Shown here one piece after another: positions 9,469 to 19,000 of a stretch of 42,393 nucleotides of DNA. Position numbers and translations under genes: made by a program. Positions within the stretch are counted from its first letter, which is position 1; every line of letters begins with the position of its first letter. Below the pieces are notes generated by a model that was given only the letters and a program-made list of their open reading frames with translations, ran no database searches and was not told the DNA's origin. Where the stretch lies: positions 1 through 42,393 of the forward strand of contig JBIOXB010000064.1 in NCBI GenBank assembly GCA_044869275.1, in the 5' to 3' direction. The stretch is from a bacterium. Its GTDB lineage: Bacteria > Zhuqueibacterota > Zhuqueibacteria > Zhuqueibacterales > Zhuqueibacteraceae.

Positions 9469-10470
9469 GTGTTCAACCAGCCTGGCAAATTCTCTGAGTA
9501 CAAAGATCTCATCAATTCCTATCTCGCTTCCTTTCTCAAGCGCCATCGCGACGGCGCCGGTTTGGCGCAACCCCGAAGCCTTTATGATCCGGTTCACTAT
9601 GCGCTGGAAGGCGGCGGCAAGCGCCTGCGCCCCGTGTTGTTGTTGATGTGTTGCGAAGCCCTGGGCGGCGCGCGGCAAAATGCTTTGCCGGCCGCTGCCG
9701 CGGTGGAATTGATGCACAATTTTACGCTAGTCCATGATGACATTATGGACCGGGATGACACGCGGCGCGGCCGGCTGACGGTGCACCGCCAGTGGGGAAA
9801 CGATGTCGCAATTTTGGCGGGCGACGCCCTGGTGGTGCTCGCGTACAAGAGCCTGCTGGAAACCGAAAGCCCGCATTTGCCGGAATTGTGCCGTGTGTTC
9901 ACCGACGGCATCATCGAGATTTGTGAAGGCCAGGCCCTGGATCGCGACTTTGAGCAGGATGATGGCGTCAACTTGCAGCGCTACCAGACCATGATTCTCA
10001 AAAAGACCGCGCGCTTGCTGGCCATCTGTGCGCAAATGGGAGCGAGACTCGGCGGAGGGTCCGAGCGGCAGGCGGAAATATTCAAGTGTTTTGCCGAGCA
10101 CGTGGGCCAGGCCTTTCAAATTCAAGACGATTTGCTCGACATCACCGTGGAGCAAGCCGTCCTCGGCAAAGATTTCGGCAGCGATGTGCGCCGCCACAAG
10201 CGCACGTTCCTGTATGTGCATGCCAAGGAACGTGGCGACGCGCGCCAGCGCCACGAATTGCGCGCTGTTTTCACAAAACACGAAGTGACGGACGGCGATA
10301 TTCTCGCGGCACAGCGTATCTTTCGCGCGACCGGCGCACTCGCCGCCGCGGAAGAAGCTGTGCGCTATCACATGAATTGTGCGCACGCCCATCTGGTTGA
10401 GCTGGGCCGCCTCGGCAACGCCGGCGAGTTTCACGCTTTCCTGGAAATGATCCTGCAGCGTCGCGCCTGA
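9469..10470 (+). CDS. Polyprenyl diphosphate synthase (FPP/GGPP synthase family)
   Basis: GGKRLRP, FARM HDDIMDRDDTRRG, LAGD, GQALD, KTA, SARM FQIQDDLLD. Confidence 0.95.
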   Translation: MFNQPGKFSEYKDLINSYLASFLKRHRDGAGLAQPRSLYDPVHYALEGGGKRLRPVLLLMCCEALGGARQNALPAAAAVELMHNFTLVHDDIMDRDDTRRGRLTVHRQWGNDVAILAGDALVVLAYKSLLETESPHLPELCRVFTDGIIEICEGQALDRDFEQDDGVNLQRYQTMILKKTARLLAICAQMGARLGGGSERQAEIFKCFAEHVGQAFQIQDDLLDITVEQAVLGKDFGSDVRRHKRTFLYVHAKERGDARQRHELRAVFTKHEVTDGDILAAQRIFRATGALAAAEEAVRYHMNCAHAHLVELGRLGNAGEFHAFLEMILQRRA

Positions 10471-10504
10471 AAATCGCCCTGCGCTTCACCACCATATCTA
10501 TTTG

Positions 10505-10567
10505 TGCTCCCACTCCTGCTCTTGCGCTCACGCCGCTGTAGGGCAAGAGCGGGTAAGAGTACGAGTA
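10505..10567. repeat. Hexamer-periodic imperfect inverted repeat
   Basis: GCTCCC ACTCCT GCTCTT GCGCTC ... GCAAGA GCGGGT AAGAGT ACGAGT; the two arms are approximate reverse complements. Confidence 0.5.
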
Positions 10568-10607
10568 ATCAAATGGCGTCAGGAGAATCACCATAATCAA
10601 TTGTTGC

Positions 10608-10877
10608 ATGGTGGAAAAAAAAATCATCGTCAAAAATAAACTCGGTGTGCATGCCCGGCCCGCCGCGATGTTGGTCAAGACTGCGGCGGCTTTTCGCTCG
10701 GACATTCATTTGGCGCGCGAGGGCCAGGTGATCAACGGCAAGAGCATCATGGGCGTGATGATGCTGGCCGCCAATCTGGGCAGCGAGGTCACGATTTCCG
10801 CCAAAGGCGAAGACGAAGAAAAGGCGGTGGAAGCCATTGTCAAGCTTTTTGCAGACAAGTTCGGAGAACCGGAGTAA
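10608..10877 (+). CDS. ptsH: PTS phosphocarrier protein HPr
   Basis: GVHARPAA (His15) and NGKSIMGVMML (Ser46); 89 aa. Confidence 0.97.
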   Translation: MVEKKIIVKNKLGVHARPAAMLVKTAAAFRSDIHLAREGQVINGKSIMGVMMLAANLGSEVTISAKGEDEEKAVEAIVKLFADKFGEPE

Positions 10878-10887
10878 AACGCGGCCG

Positions 10888-12651
10888 ATGAAAAAATTCG
10901 AGCCCAAAGCTGAAGTGGTGCTGCAGGGCGTGCCCGTTTCTATTGGCGTTGCGATCGGCCGCGTGTTCATGCTTTCCGGCACGCTGCCGGTCGTCGAGCG
11001 CCGCACTTTGGAGGCGGACGAGATCGCCGCGGAAATCGAGCGTCTGCACCGCGCCCTGAACAAGACCAAGGACGAGTTGTCGCACGATCAAATCGTCGCG
11101 CATGAGCAAATTGGCGATACTGCCGCGCAAATTTTCGAAGTACACCACATGATTTTGGAGGACCCGGATTTTTTGGGCCAGGTCGAACAATCTATTGCGG
11201 CGCAGAGGCTCAACGCGGAATTCGCGTTTCACAACCTGATGTTGATTTACGCCGACCGCTTGACGCAAAGCGGCGGCTTTTTGATGGATCGCCGCGTGGA
11301 TTTGGAGGACGTTGACCGGCGTGTGGTGCGCAACCTGCTCGGCGACCGGCGCGACTTTCTCAACCAGGTCGAGGGCGCTGCGGTGGTGGTGGCGAGCGAC
11401 CTCACCCCCTCGGCGGCGCTGCTGTTGAATCGCCATCGCATCCGCGGTTTTGCCACGGATTTGGGCGGCAAGACCTCCCATGCCGCCATTATGCTCCATT
11501 CCTACGGCCTGCCCGCCGTGGTCGGCCTGCGCGAAATCACCAAACGCTGCAAAGCCGAAGATCGCATCATCATCGACGGCGACCAGGGGCTGGTGCTGAT
11601 CAATCCCGAGGAAGACACGCTGGCGCGCTATCAGCGCAAGCATAGCGTGTGGATGCAGAAAAAGAATCGCCTCAGCCATTTGCGCGACCTGCCCTCGCGC
11701 ACACGTGATGGCCGCGACGTCGAGCTTTCTGCCAACCTGGAATTTTCCGACGAAGTCAAGCTGGTGCAGGCCAATGGTGCGCACGGCGTGGGATTGTTGC
11801 GCACGGAGTATTTGTATTTGGAGCGCAATGAGCCGCCCTCGGAAGAGGTGCAATACCAGGAATACTATCGCATCGCCGCGGAATTACAGCCTCAGCCCGT
11901 GATTATTCGCACCATGGATCTGGGCGGAGATAAAAGCCCCAAGTGCATCAAAATTCCGCCGGAGACAAATCCCTTTTTGGGCTGGCGCGCCATTCGCATT
12001 TGTTTGGAATTGCCGCATTTGTTCAAAGACCAGATCAAGGCGATTTTGCGTGCCAACACCCTGGGCAACGTGAAAATCATGCTGCCCATGATTTCCGGCG
12101 TGCAGGAATTGGAGGAGGCGCTGGCGTTGATCGAACAATCCAAGCGCGAGCTGAAAAAGGCGGGCAAAACATTCGGCGCCGACACCGAAGTCGGCGTGAT
12201 GATCGAAGTGCCCTCCGCGGCGGTGCTCGCCGATCACATCTCGGAGCGCGTGGATTTCCTCAGCATCGGCACCAACGATTTGATGCAATACACCTTCGCC
12301 GCCGACCGTGGCAACGAACGCATTGCGCATTTGCTGAACCATCTACATCCCGCGCTGCTGCGCTTGATTCGCCTGGTGATTGCGGCGGCGCACAGCCGCG
12401 GCGTGCTGGTAGGCATGTGCGGGGAGATGGCCGCCGACCGCCTGGCCACGGTTTTGCTGGTGGGCATGGAAATCGACCAGCTCAGCGTCAGCCCCATCGA
12501 TGCCCCGGAAATCAAAAAAATCATTCGCAACATCAATTTCAATGAAGCGAAAGAATTGGTGGAGAGCGTCATGGAATTCTCCTCCGCCCGTGAAATACAA
12601 AATTTCGTGCGGCCGTTCATGCGGCGGCGCTTCAAGGATTTGATGATTTAG
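10888..12651 (+). CDS. ptsI: PEP-protein phosphotransferase (PTS enzyme I)
   Basis: GGKTSHAAI phospho-His motif, GVGLLRTE, RTMDLGGDK, ETNPFLGWRAIR, SIGTNDL, GMCGE. ATG 10888 lies just after the ptsH stop. Confidence 0.96.
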   Translation: MKKFEPKAEVVLQGVPVSIGVAIGRVFMLSGTLPVVERRTLEADEIAAEIERLHRALNKTKDELSHDQIVAHEQIGDTAAQIFEVHHMILEDPDFLGQVEQSIAAQRLNAEFAFHNLMLIYADRLTQSGGFLMDRRVDLEDVDRRVVRNLLGDRRDFLNQVEGAAVVVASDLTPSAALLLNRHRIRGFATDLGGKTSHAAIMLHSYGLPAVVGLREITKRCKAEDRIIIDGDQGLVLINPEEDTLARYQRKHSVWMQKKNRLSHLRDLPSRTRDGRDVELSANLEFSDEVKLVQANGAHGVGLLRTEYLYLERNEPPSEEVQYQEYYRIAAELQPQPVIIRTMDLGGDKSPKCIKIPPETNPFLGWRAIRICLELPHLFKDQIKAILRANTLGNVKIMLPMISGVQELEEALALIEQSKRELKKAGKTFGADTEVGVMIEVPSAAVLADHISERVDFLSIGTNDLMQYTFAADRGNERIAHLLNHLHPALLRLIRLVIAAAHSRGVLVGMCGEMAADRLATVLLVGMEIDQLSVSPIDAPEIKKIIRNINFNEAKELVESVMEFSSAREIQNFVRPFMRRRFKDLMI

Positions 12652-12730
12652 TGTAACGATCCAGCTGTTATTTCTTGTAAGCGGATTGCACGGATAAAGT
12701 GGATTTCAATAAAAAAGCAGTCGGAGGAAA

Positions 12731-13798
12731 ATGAATTCCTTGACACCCGAATACATTGCCGCCGTCGACAAGTCCTCAATGCTGGCACGCGTCCTGGCCA
12801 TGCCGCGCCATTTCCAGGAGGCGCTGGCCTCGGCGCAGCAAAATGAATTCAAGCTGGCGGGCTTCCGGCCGCGTGGCCTCGTCGTCGCGGGCATGGGCGG
12901 CTCAGCCATCAGCGGCGATGTGGTGCGGGGCGTCACGCTGGAGGACCTGCCGGTGCCGCTGCACGTTTCGCGCTCGTATGATTTGCCCGGTTGGGTGGAT
13001 GCCAATACCCTGGTCGTCGTTTCCAGTTATTCCGGCCACACGGAAGAATCGTTCTCCGCGCTCATGCAGGCGAAAGCGCGCGGCGCAAAAATCGTCTGCA
13101 TCACCTCCGGCGGGAAAATCGGAGAGTGGGCGCAAAAAAATGGCTGGCCGGTGTTCTCGCTGCCGCCGGGCTTTCCCCCGCGCTCGGCTTTGGCGCATTT
13201 GACCGTGCCTTTATTGATGGTATTGCATCGTCTGCAAATGCTTGCGGATCCGGCAGCCGATATCGCCGAAACCACCACGCTGCTTGAAAAACATGCGCAG
13301 GCGTGGGGCCCGCAATCCGACGCGCAGCACAATTTGGCGAAATTTATCGCCGCCGCTTTGACGGAAAGACTGCCGGTTATTTACGCCGCCCACGGCTTGC
13401 TCGAAATTGCCGCGTGGCGCTGGAAAGAGCAGTTTTGTGAAAACGCGGAAATTTTGTCCTGGCACAACGTCTTTCCGGAAATGAATCACAATGAACTCGT
13501 GGGCTGGGGACAGCGCGCGCCCTCCGATCGCGGCTTCCAGGCGATCTATTTGCGCGACCGCCAGGATCACCCGCGCATTCAAAAAAGAATGGAAATCACA
13601 CGCGCGCTGATCGAAGAGACCGGCGCGCCGGTGCTCGAAGCGTGGAGCGCAGGACAGTCGCGCCTCGCCCGCCTATTCTCTCTGATTTTCCTGGGCGACC
13701 TCGCGAGCGTGTATCTCGCGGCTTTGAACGGCGTCGATCCCACGCCGGTGCACAAAATCGATTTGCTGAAACAGCGGCTCGAGCAATTTCAGAGTTGA
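12731..13798 (+). CDS. Bifunctional phosphoglucose/phosphomannose isomerase (SIS domain)
   Basis: GMGGSAISG, SYSGHTEE, TSGG, PPRSAL, RWKEQFCENA, FPEMNHNE, GVDPTPV; RBS GGAGG upstream. Confidence 0.93.
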   Translation: MNSLTPEYIAAVDKSSMLARVLAMPRHFQEALASAQQNEFKLAGFRPRGLVVAGMGGSAISGDVVRGVTLEDLPVPLHVSRSYDLPGWVDANTLVVVSSYSGHTEESFSALMQAKARGAKIVCITSGGKIGEWAQKNGWPVFSLPPGFPPRSALAHLTVPLLMVLHRLQMLADPAADIAETTTLLEKHAQAWGPQSDAQHNLAKFIAAALTERLPVIYAAHGLLEIAAWRWKEQFCENAEILSWHNVFPEMNHNELVGWGQRAPSDRGFQAIYLRDRQDHPRIQKRMEITRALIEETGAPVLEAWSAGQSRLARLFSLIFLGDLASVYLAALNGVDPTPVHKIDLLKQRLEQFQS

Positions 13799-13804
13799 GG
13801 CTGA

Positions 13805-13980
13805 GCCTGGATAATTCATGAAATTAAACCGCCGAGACGCCGAGTTCACAGAGAACATCAAATTGTCGAATAGCTTTGGTTAGCAGCAACCTCTTCTATG
13901 CTCATTGACGAGAACACCGTATTCTAAACTTTTTCAATCTCCGCGTGCTCGGCGACTCTGCGGTTATGAACTATTCAGGC
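13805..13980. repeat. MITE/REP-like element with about 45-bp imperfect terminal inverted repeats
   Basis: Left arm GCCTGGATAATTCATGAAATTAAACCGCCGAGACGCCGAGTTCACAGAGA; reverse complement of right arm GCCTGAATAGTTCATAACCGCAGAGTCGCCGAGCACGCGGAGA; AT-rich core, no ORF. Confidence 0.65.
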
Positions 13981-14046
13981 GAGCAGCCCGTGATTTGTGA
14001 ATGTTTTTAGTTGAATGGATTTGCGCGCTTGGGACCTGGCGATTTT

Positions 14047-14120
14047 CATTGACCATTCACAATTATCAATTAACAATTATTAATTGCCAATTGATAATTG
14101 TCAATTGTGAATCATCAGTG
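14047..14120. repeat. Heptamer tandem repeat (AATTNNN) arranged as a palindrome
   Basis: cattgac cattcac aattatc aattaac aattatt aattgcc aattgat aattgtc aattgtg aat; ATTCACAATT and AATTGTGAAT are inverted arms. Confidence 0.75.
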
Positions 14121-14188
14121 GCCACTACGCAATGGCCCATTTTTGTAAGCTGAAAACCATCCTTCTCTCATTATTATCAGGAGCACTC

Positions 14189-15322
14189 ATGTCCTCCATG
14201 CTCTTCACTTCGGAATCGGTCACCGAAGGCCATCCCGATAAAATTGCGGATCAAATTTCCGATGCTGTGCTCGACGCGATATTCGCGCAGGACCCCCAAG
14301 CGCGTGTGGCGTGCGAGACCTTCGTCACCACCGGCCTCACGCTGGTGGGCGGCGAAATCACCACGGATTGCTACGTGCACGTTCCAGAAATCGTGCGCAA
14401 AACCATCAAAAAAATCGGCTATGTCGACGCGGCCTACGGTTTCGATTTTGAGACTTGTGCGGTTTTGACTTCGATCGATAAGCAATCGCCCGACATCGCG
14501 ATGGGCGTGGATCGTTCGGGCGCAGGTGATCAGGGCATGATGTTCGGCTACGCCACCAACGAAACCAAGGAATTGATGCCGATGCCAATTTTACTGGCGC
14601 ACAAGCTGGCCCGGCGCCTGGCCGAAGTGCGCAAGCAGGGCATCATCCCCTACCTGCGGCCGGATGGCAAGGCCCAGGTTTCGGTGCGCTACGTCAATGG
14701 CAAGCCCAGAGCGGTAGAAACCATCGTGATCTCGACGCAACATCATCCCGAAGCAACGCTGGAGCAAACGCGCGCCGAGGTGATCGAGAAGGTGATCAAG
14801 CCGGTGATTCCGGCAGAGATGATCGACGATCACAAGATGACTTATCACATCAACCCGACCGGCCGTTTTGTGATCGGCGGGCCGCAGGGCGACGCCGGCT
14901 TGACCGGCCGCAAAATCATTGTCGATACTTACGGCGGCTTTGGCCGCCACGGCGGCGGCGCGTTTTCGGGCAAAGATCCCACGAAAGTCGATCGCTCCGC
15001 GGCCTACGCCGCGCGCCACGTCGCGAAGAATATCGTGGCGGCGGGCTTGGCCGAGCGCTGTGAAATTCAAGTGGCCTATGCCATCGGCGTGGCCGAGCCG
15101 GTTTCGATTTGCGTGGACACCTTCGGCACCGGTAAATTACCGAACGAGGAGCTGGAAAAGCTGGTGCGCAAGAATTGGGATTTGACCCCGCGCGGCATCA
15201 TCGAATATTTCAAATTGCGCCGTCCGATTTACCAAGCCACCGCGGCGTATGGTCACTTCGGCCGTGAAGGTGAGGGCTTTACTTGGGAGAATACCGAGAA
15301 GGCCGCCGAGCTCGCACGATAA
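14189..15322 (+). CDS. metK: S-adenosylmethionine synthetase
   Basis: [65 protein letters not shown] before ATG 14189. Confidence 0.99.
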   Translation: MSSMLFTSESVTEGHPDKIADQISDAVLDAIFAQDPQARVACETFVTTGLTLVGGEITTDCYVHVPEIVRKTIKKIGYVDAAYGFDFETCAVLTSIDKQSPDIAMGVDRSGAGDQGMMFGYATNETKELMPMPILLAHKLARRLAEVRKQGIIPYLRPDGKAQVSVRYVNGKPRAVETIVISTQHHPEATLEQTRAEVIEKVIKPVIPAEMIDDHKMTYHINPTGRFVIGGPQGDAGLTGRKIIVDTYGGFGRHGGGAFSGKDPTKVDRSAAYAARHVAKNIVAAGLAERCEIQVAYAIGVAEPVSICVDTFGTGKLPNEELEKLVRKNWDLTPRGIIEYFKLRRPIYQATAAYGHFGREGEGFTWENTEKAAELAR

Positions 15323-15328
15323 TGTGTG

Positions 15329-15363
15329 AATTGACAATTCACAATGCGCAATTGACAATTATC
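15329..15363. repeat. Heptamer tandem repeat (AATTNNC)
   Basis: aattgac aattcac aatgcgc aattgac aattatc immediately after the metK stop. Confidence 0.6.
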
Positions 15364-15369
15364 GCTAAC

Positions 15370-15398
15370 TTGCTTTCCCGTGGTTGCGTTTGTATATT
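15370..15398 (+). promoter_or_regulatory. sigma70-type promoter for the tRNA
   Basis: TTGCTT-N17-TATATT, about 130 bp upstream of the tRNA; same -35 hexamer as at 9277. Confidence 0.5.
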
Positions 15399-15471
15399 TG
15401 TCATGGCGAGAGATCGCGCCATGTTAAGGAATAACCGCATTTGCGATTCACGAAGCTGCAAAGACGTTCAC

Positions 15472-15523
15472 TTTTGAATTCTTTTGCCCTTTTCTGTTTG
15501 CATTTTGCCTTTTGAATTTGCCC
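15472..15523. repeat. Degenerate heptamer repeat (TTTTGNN) just 5' of the tRNA
   Basis: ttttgaa..ttttgcc cttttct gtttgca ttttgcc ttttgaa tttgcc. Confidence 0.5.
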
Positions 15524-15527
15524 TCCC

Positions 15528-15601
15528 GGGCCCTTAGCTCAGCAGGTTAGAGCGACGGACTCATAATCCGTTGGTCGTAGGTTCGAACCCTACAGGGCCC
15601 A
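15528..15601 (+). tRNA. tRNA with CAT anticodon, most likely tRNA-Ile2 (lysidine-modified); CCA not encoded
   Basis: Acceptor stem GGGCCCT/AGGGCCC, D arm GCTC/GAGC, anticodon arm ACGGA-CTCATAA-TCCGT, T arm GTAGG-TTCGAAC-CCTAC, discriminator A. C4:G69 and C5:G68 (TilS determinants) present; no C1:A72 mismatch or triple G-C anticodon stem, so not initiator Met. Confidence 0.93.
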
Positions 15602-15648
15602 CCGCTTTTCCACTTGCTTCTTGGCTGAGATTCACTATTTTGAAACTA

Positions 15649-15684
15649 TGCAAAACTTTTCCAAGCCTCAGGAAAGGTTTTGCA
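15649..15684 (+). terminator. 14-bp hairpin downstream of the tRNA (terminator or activator-binding palindrome)
   Basis: TGCAAAACTTTTCC-aagcctca-GGAAAGGTTTTGCA followed by CCTTTCTT. Confidence 0.45.
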
Positions 15685-15831
15685 CCTTTCTTGGATCAAA
15701 CCGCAGGACGCTGAACGAGCAAATCTCGCAGCCCATATTTCTCGAGCATTTCGTCGTCAGAATTCTAAACACTTATGCGGCAGCGCTGGCGCTAACCTCT
15801 TGTTGCATTCGCCTTTAGATTGCGCCCTGTG

Positions 15832-15848
15832 CTGGTACGGCGTTTGCA
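15832..15848 (+). promoter_or_regulatory. sigma54 (-24/-12) promoter motif upstream of the TonB-dependent receptor operon
   Basis: CTGGTACGGCGTTTGCA = GG-N10-GC, close to consensus TGGCAC-N5-TTGCA. Overlaps a TTGCAT-N16-TATAAT sigma70-like motif (15844-15871). Confidence 0.6.
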
Positions 15849-16053
15849 TTTATTGATTTGCCACATATAATCGGTAGGTCGTGTCTGGAAGCATCTTGCC
15901 TCGCTTGGCTTTGAGAGTTGTTTTCCCCATTCCTGTGAAACATGGCACCGCTTGCGAAGTCACTTGGTTTTCGGAGCGGGCGGTGTCGTCATTCTCTGCC
16001 GCATATCTTCAAAATTCGCGCTGTGTTGAACTCTAGATTACGGAGGAGTATGT

Positions 16054-19000
16054 ATGATCCCAACGAGAATGCGTAGTCTGGGCATCATCCTCGTCGTTCT
16101 GCTTTGGGCTACGTGGGTGCTGGCTGGCACGACGGGAAAAATTGCCGGAAAAGTCGTCGACCGTGAAACTGGGTTGCCGCTGCCGGGAGCAAATGTCGTT
16201 ATTGTGGGCACGACCTTGGGCGCCGCCACAAATCTTGATGGGGAATATTTTATTTTGAATGTGCAGCCTGGAACGTATGAAGTTCGTGCTTCTATCATTG
16301 GCTATACCAACCTGGTGGAAAAAGGCGTCCGCGTTTTCGCCGATCTCACCACCACCATTAATTTCTCGCTGCCTTCAGAAACCCTGCAACTGGGCGAGGT
16401 GGTGGAAGTGGTGGCGGATCGGCCGCTAATTCAAAAAGACGTCACCGCTTCCGTCAAAGTCTCAACCGACGACCAAATTCAATCGCTGCCGATTACCACA
16501 GTGAATGACGCGGTGGCCTTGAACGCCGGCGCGCAGGGGACCGGCAACAACCTGCACATTCGCGGCGGCCGCGCCGGCGAGACCGCTTATTTGGTGGACG
16601 GCGTGAGCATCGAAGACCCGCAAACGCGCACCATCGGCTTGACTGTCGGCCGCTCCGCGTTGAGCGAGCTGCAAATCATCTCCGGCGGCTTCAATGCGGA
16701 ATACGGCAATGCGCAATCCGGCGTCATCCTGTTGAATACACAAGAAGGCAACAAAGAGCAATACAACGGCCACGTTTTTTATCAAACCGACCATTTCGGC
16801 GACAGCCAACTGGGAGAAAGCTCGCAAAACTTTGATTGGTACGAAGGCAGCCTCGGCGGCCCCGAGCCGATCACAACTTATCTGTTGCCCTCCATCGGTT
16901 TGAAGATTCCGGGCTACATGACGATTTATCTGCAAGGCGAAACCCGTTTCAACGACCGCGCCAACTACCACGAAAATGCGATTGCCGACATCAACGCCAA
17001 ATCGCCGATACAAGAAACCACGCAAATCAATACCTCGCCGTTCTTGCGCAATGAAACGATCTTTGGCAGCTTGTTGGGCCTCGGCGACAATCGTGAGAAC
17101 GTCTTCCAAAATTGGGACACCAAATTGTTGTGGCAATTGGCCCCGAACAAGAAATTGACCTTCGGCTATCGCGGCAATGCCAATAATACCCAGGGCTGGA
17201 CCTTTCAATTTGGCCGGGACGTGCGGGAATTGGTGGCGAAGTCGCATGAATTGGGCATCAGTGATTTGATCGACCAAGACGGCGACGGCCGGCGCGATGA
17301 AGAATTGATGGATGGCATCGATAACGACAGTGACGGCCGCATCGACGAAGACAACAATCTCGATCAGAACTACTATAAGGGTGATTTTGCCTGGGGACTT
17401 GACAATGACGGTGACGGCCGCACCGACGAAGAAGCGCTCAACGCCCTCGATGACGACGGCGATGGCCGGGTGGATGAAGACTTGCAAGGCTATGATTGGA
17501 AAGGATACGACAACATCGCCCGCACCGAGTTTCGCGCCAACCAACTCAACTTGAATTGGACGCACACGCTCAATGCCAAAACGTTTTATGAAGTGAAAGC
17601 AGGACGGTTCTATACCTTCACCGGCACATTGCCCAAGCTCGGCAAAGACGGGCGCTCGCGCTCCAGTTTTGAAGAATTGGATGCCTGGGTGCGGGATTAT
17701 GATGCGATCGTCGCCACCGGTGTGCCGCTGGCAGACCTGCCGTTTTTGATCGAGCCTTATCGCGGCTTTGGCACGCCCGCCGAAATATTCCAGGATTTGA
17801 ACGGCAATCGCAATTACGATCCGGGAGAACTGTTCGAAGATTTCAATGGCAACGGCTTGTACGATCTGAACAACGATCCCGCCGCCAAAAATTCGAACCA
17901 AGTTTGGCAACTGCAGGGTGCCACCCATCCTTTTCGCGGCCAAAACATCAACGGCGTATATCGGTTCAGTGATCGCGCCGCTTTCGACAAGCGTTCCTCA
18001 TTGAACTATTCTCTCAAGTTGGATTTGACCAGCCAGGTTACCCAAAATCATCAAGTCAAGAGCGGATTGGAAGTCAACTATTTCGAGCTGCGCAACACCA
18101 GCCGGCAGTTGTTGGGTCCTTACGACGGGCGCGGTTTGTTCGGCAATTCTTACTCCGTTTTTCCGAACTGGCAAGCCGGGTACATTCAGGACAAAATGGA
18201 GTTCAGCACCGCCATCGTGAATTTAGGCATGCGTGTCGAACGGTTTGACGCCGGCGAGCAGGTTGCCACCCCGGATACTTCCGTGGGGGTGCCGCGCTAT
18301 ACGACGCCCAACGTTAAATGGAGCGTGCTGCCGCGCGTCGGTTTCTCTTTCCCGGTGACCGAGCGCGATATGTTCTACTTCAGCTATGGGCATTTCTACC
18401 AACGGCCACAGTTGACCAACGTCTACACCCAGGTCAATCAGCTCTTGGACAGCCCGAATTCCATTATCGGCAATCCCGACTTGGATCCCGAACAGACGAT
18501 TCAATATGAATTCGGCATTCGGCATCAGTTCGGCCTGAATACGCTCTTCTCCATCACCGGTTTTTTCAAAGATATCGATAACCTGATCCAAATCCGGCAA
18601 GAATTCGACACGGCCGGCAACACTTTTTACACGTACTTCAACGACACCTATGGCACGGTCAAAGGCCTGGAATTGCAGATGAATCAACGCGCCGGCCGCT
18701 ATTTTTCCGGCGATGCCACCTATACTTTCCAAGTTTCCAAAGCCACGCATTCTGATCCGCGCGACACTTATGCCACGCTCGATGTTATCGATGGCGTGGA
18801 GTTTCCTTCGGATTGGGATCAACGCCATCGTTTTGTCGTCAATCTGGATTATCACTATGGTGAGGGCCAGGGCCCGCGCTTGGGCAATTTCAACCTGTTG
18901 GAGAACTTCAATGTAAATGTGCTGGCGCAATTTGGCAGCGGCCAGCCCTACACTCCCAGTTCGCTCTCCAATGCTGCTCAGCTTGAGCAAACGAATAGCC

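Noticed and set aside
9098..9646. 182-aa plus-strand ORF in the divergent promoter region
   Set aside because: No recognisable motif; spans the promoter and overlaps the polyprenyl synthase out of frame.
12681..12707. Short 9-bp-period repeat GCGGATT GCACGGATA AAGTGGATT
   Set aside because: Only three degenerate units; too short to distinguish from chance.
13981..14188. Possible SAM riboswitch upstream of metK (TTATCAGGAG resembles the SAM-I 5' strand)
   Set aside because: That sequence is the RBS just before the start codon; no SAM-I core helices or terminator seen.
15942..15956. Second sigma54-like motif TGGCACCGCTTGC
   Set aside because: GG-to-GC spacing is 8, not the required 10; better explained as a hairpin arm.
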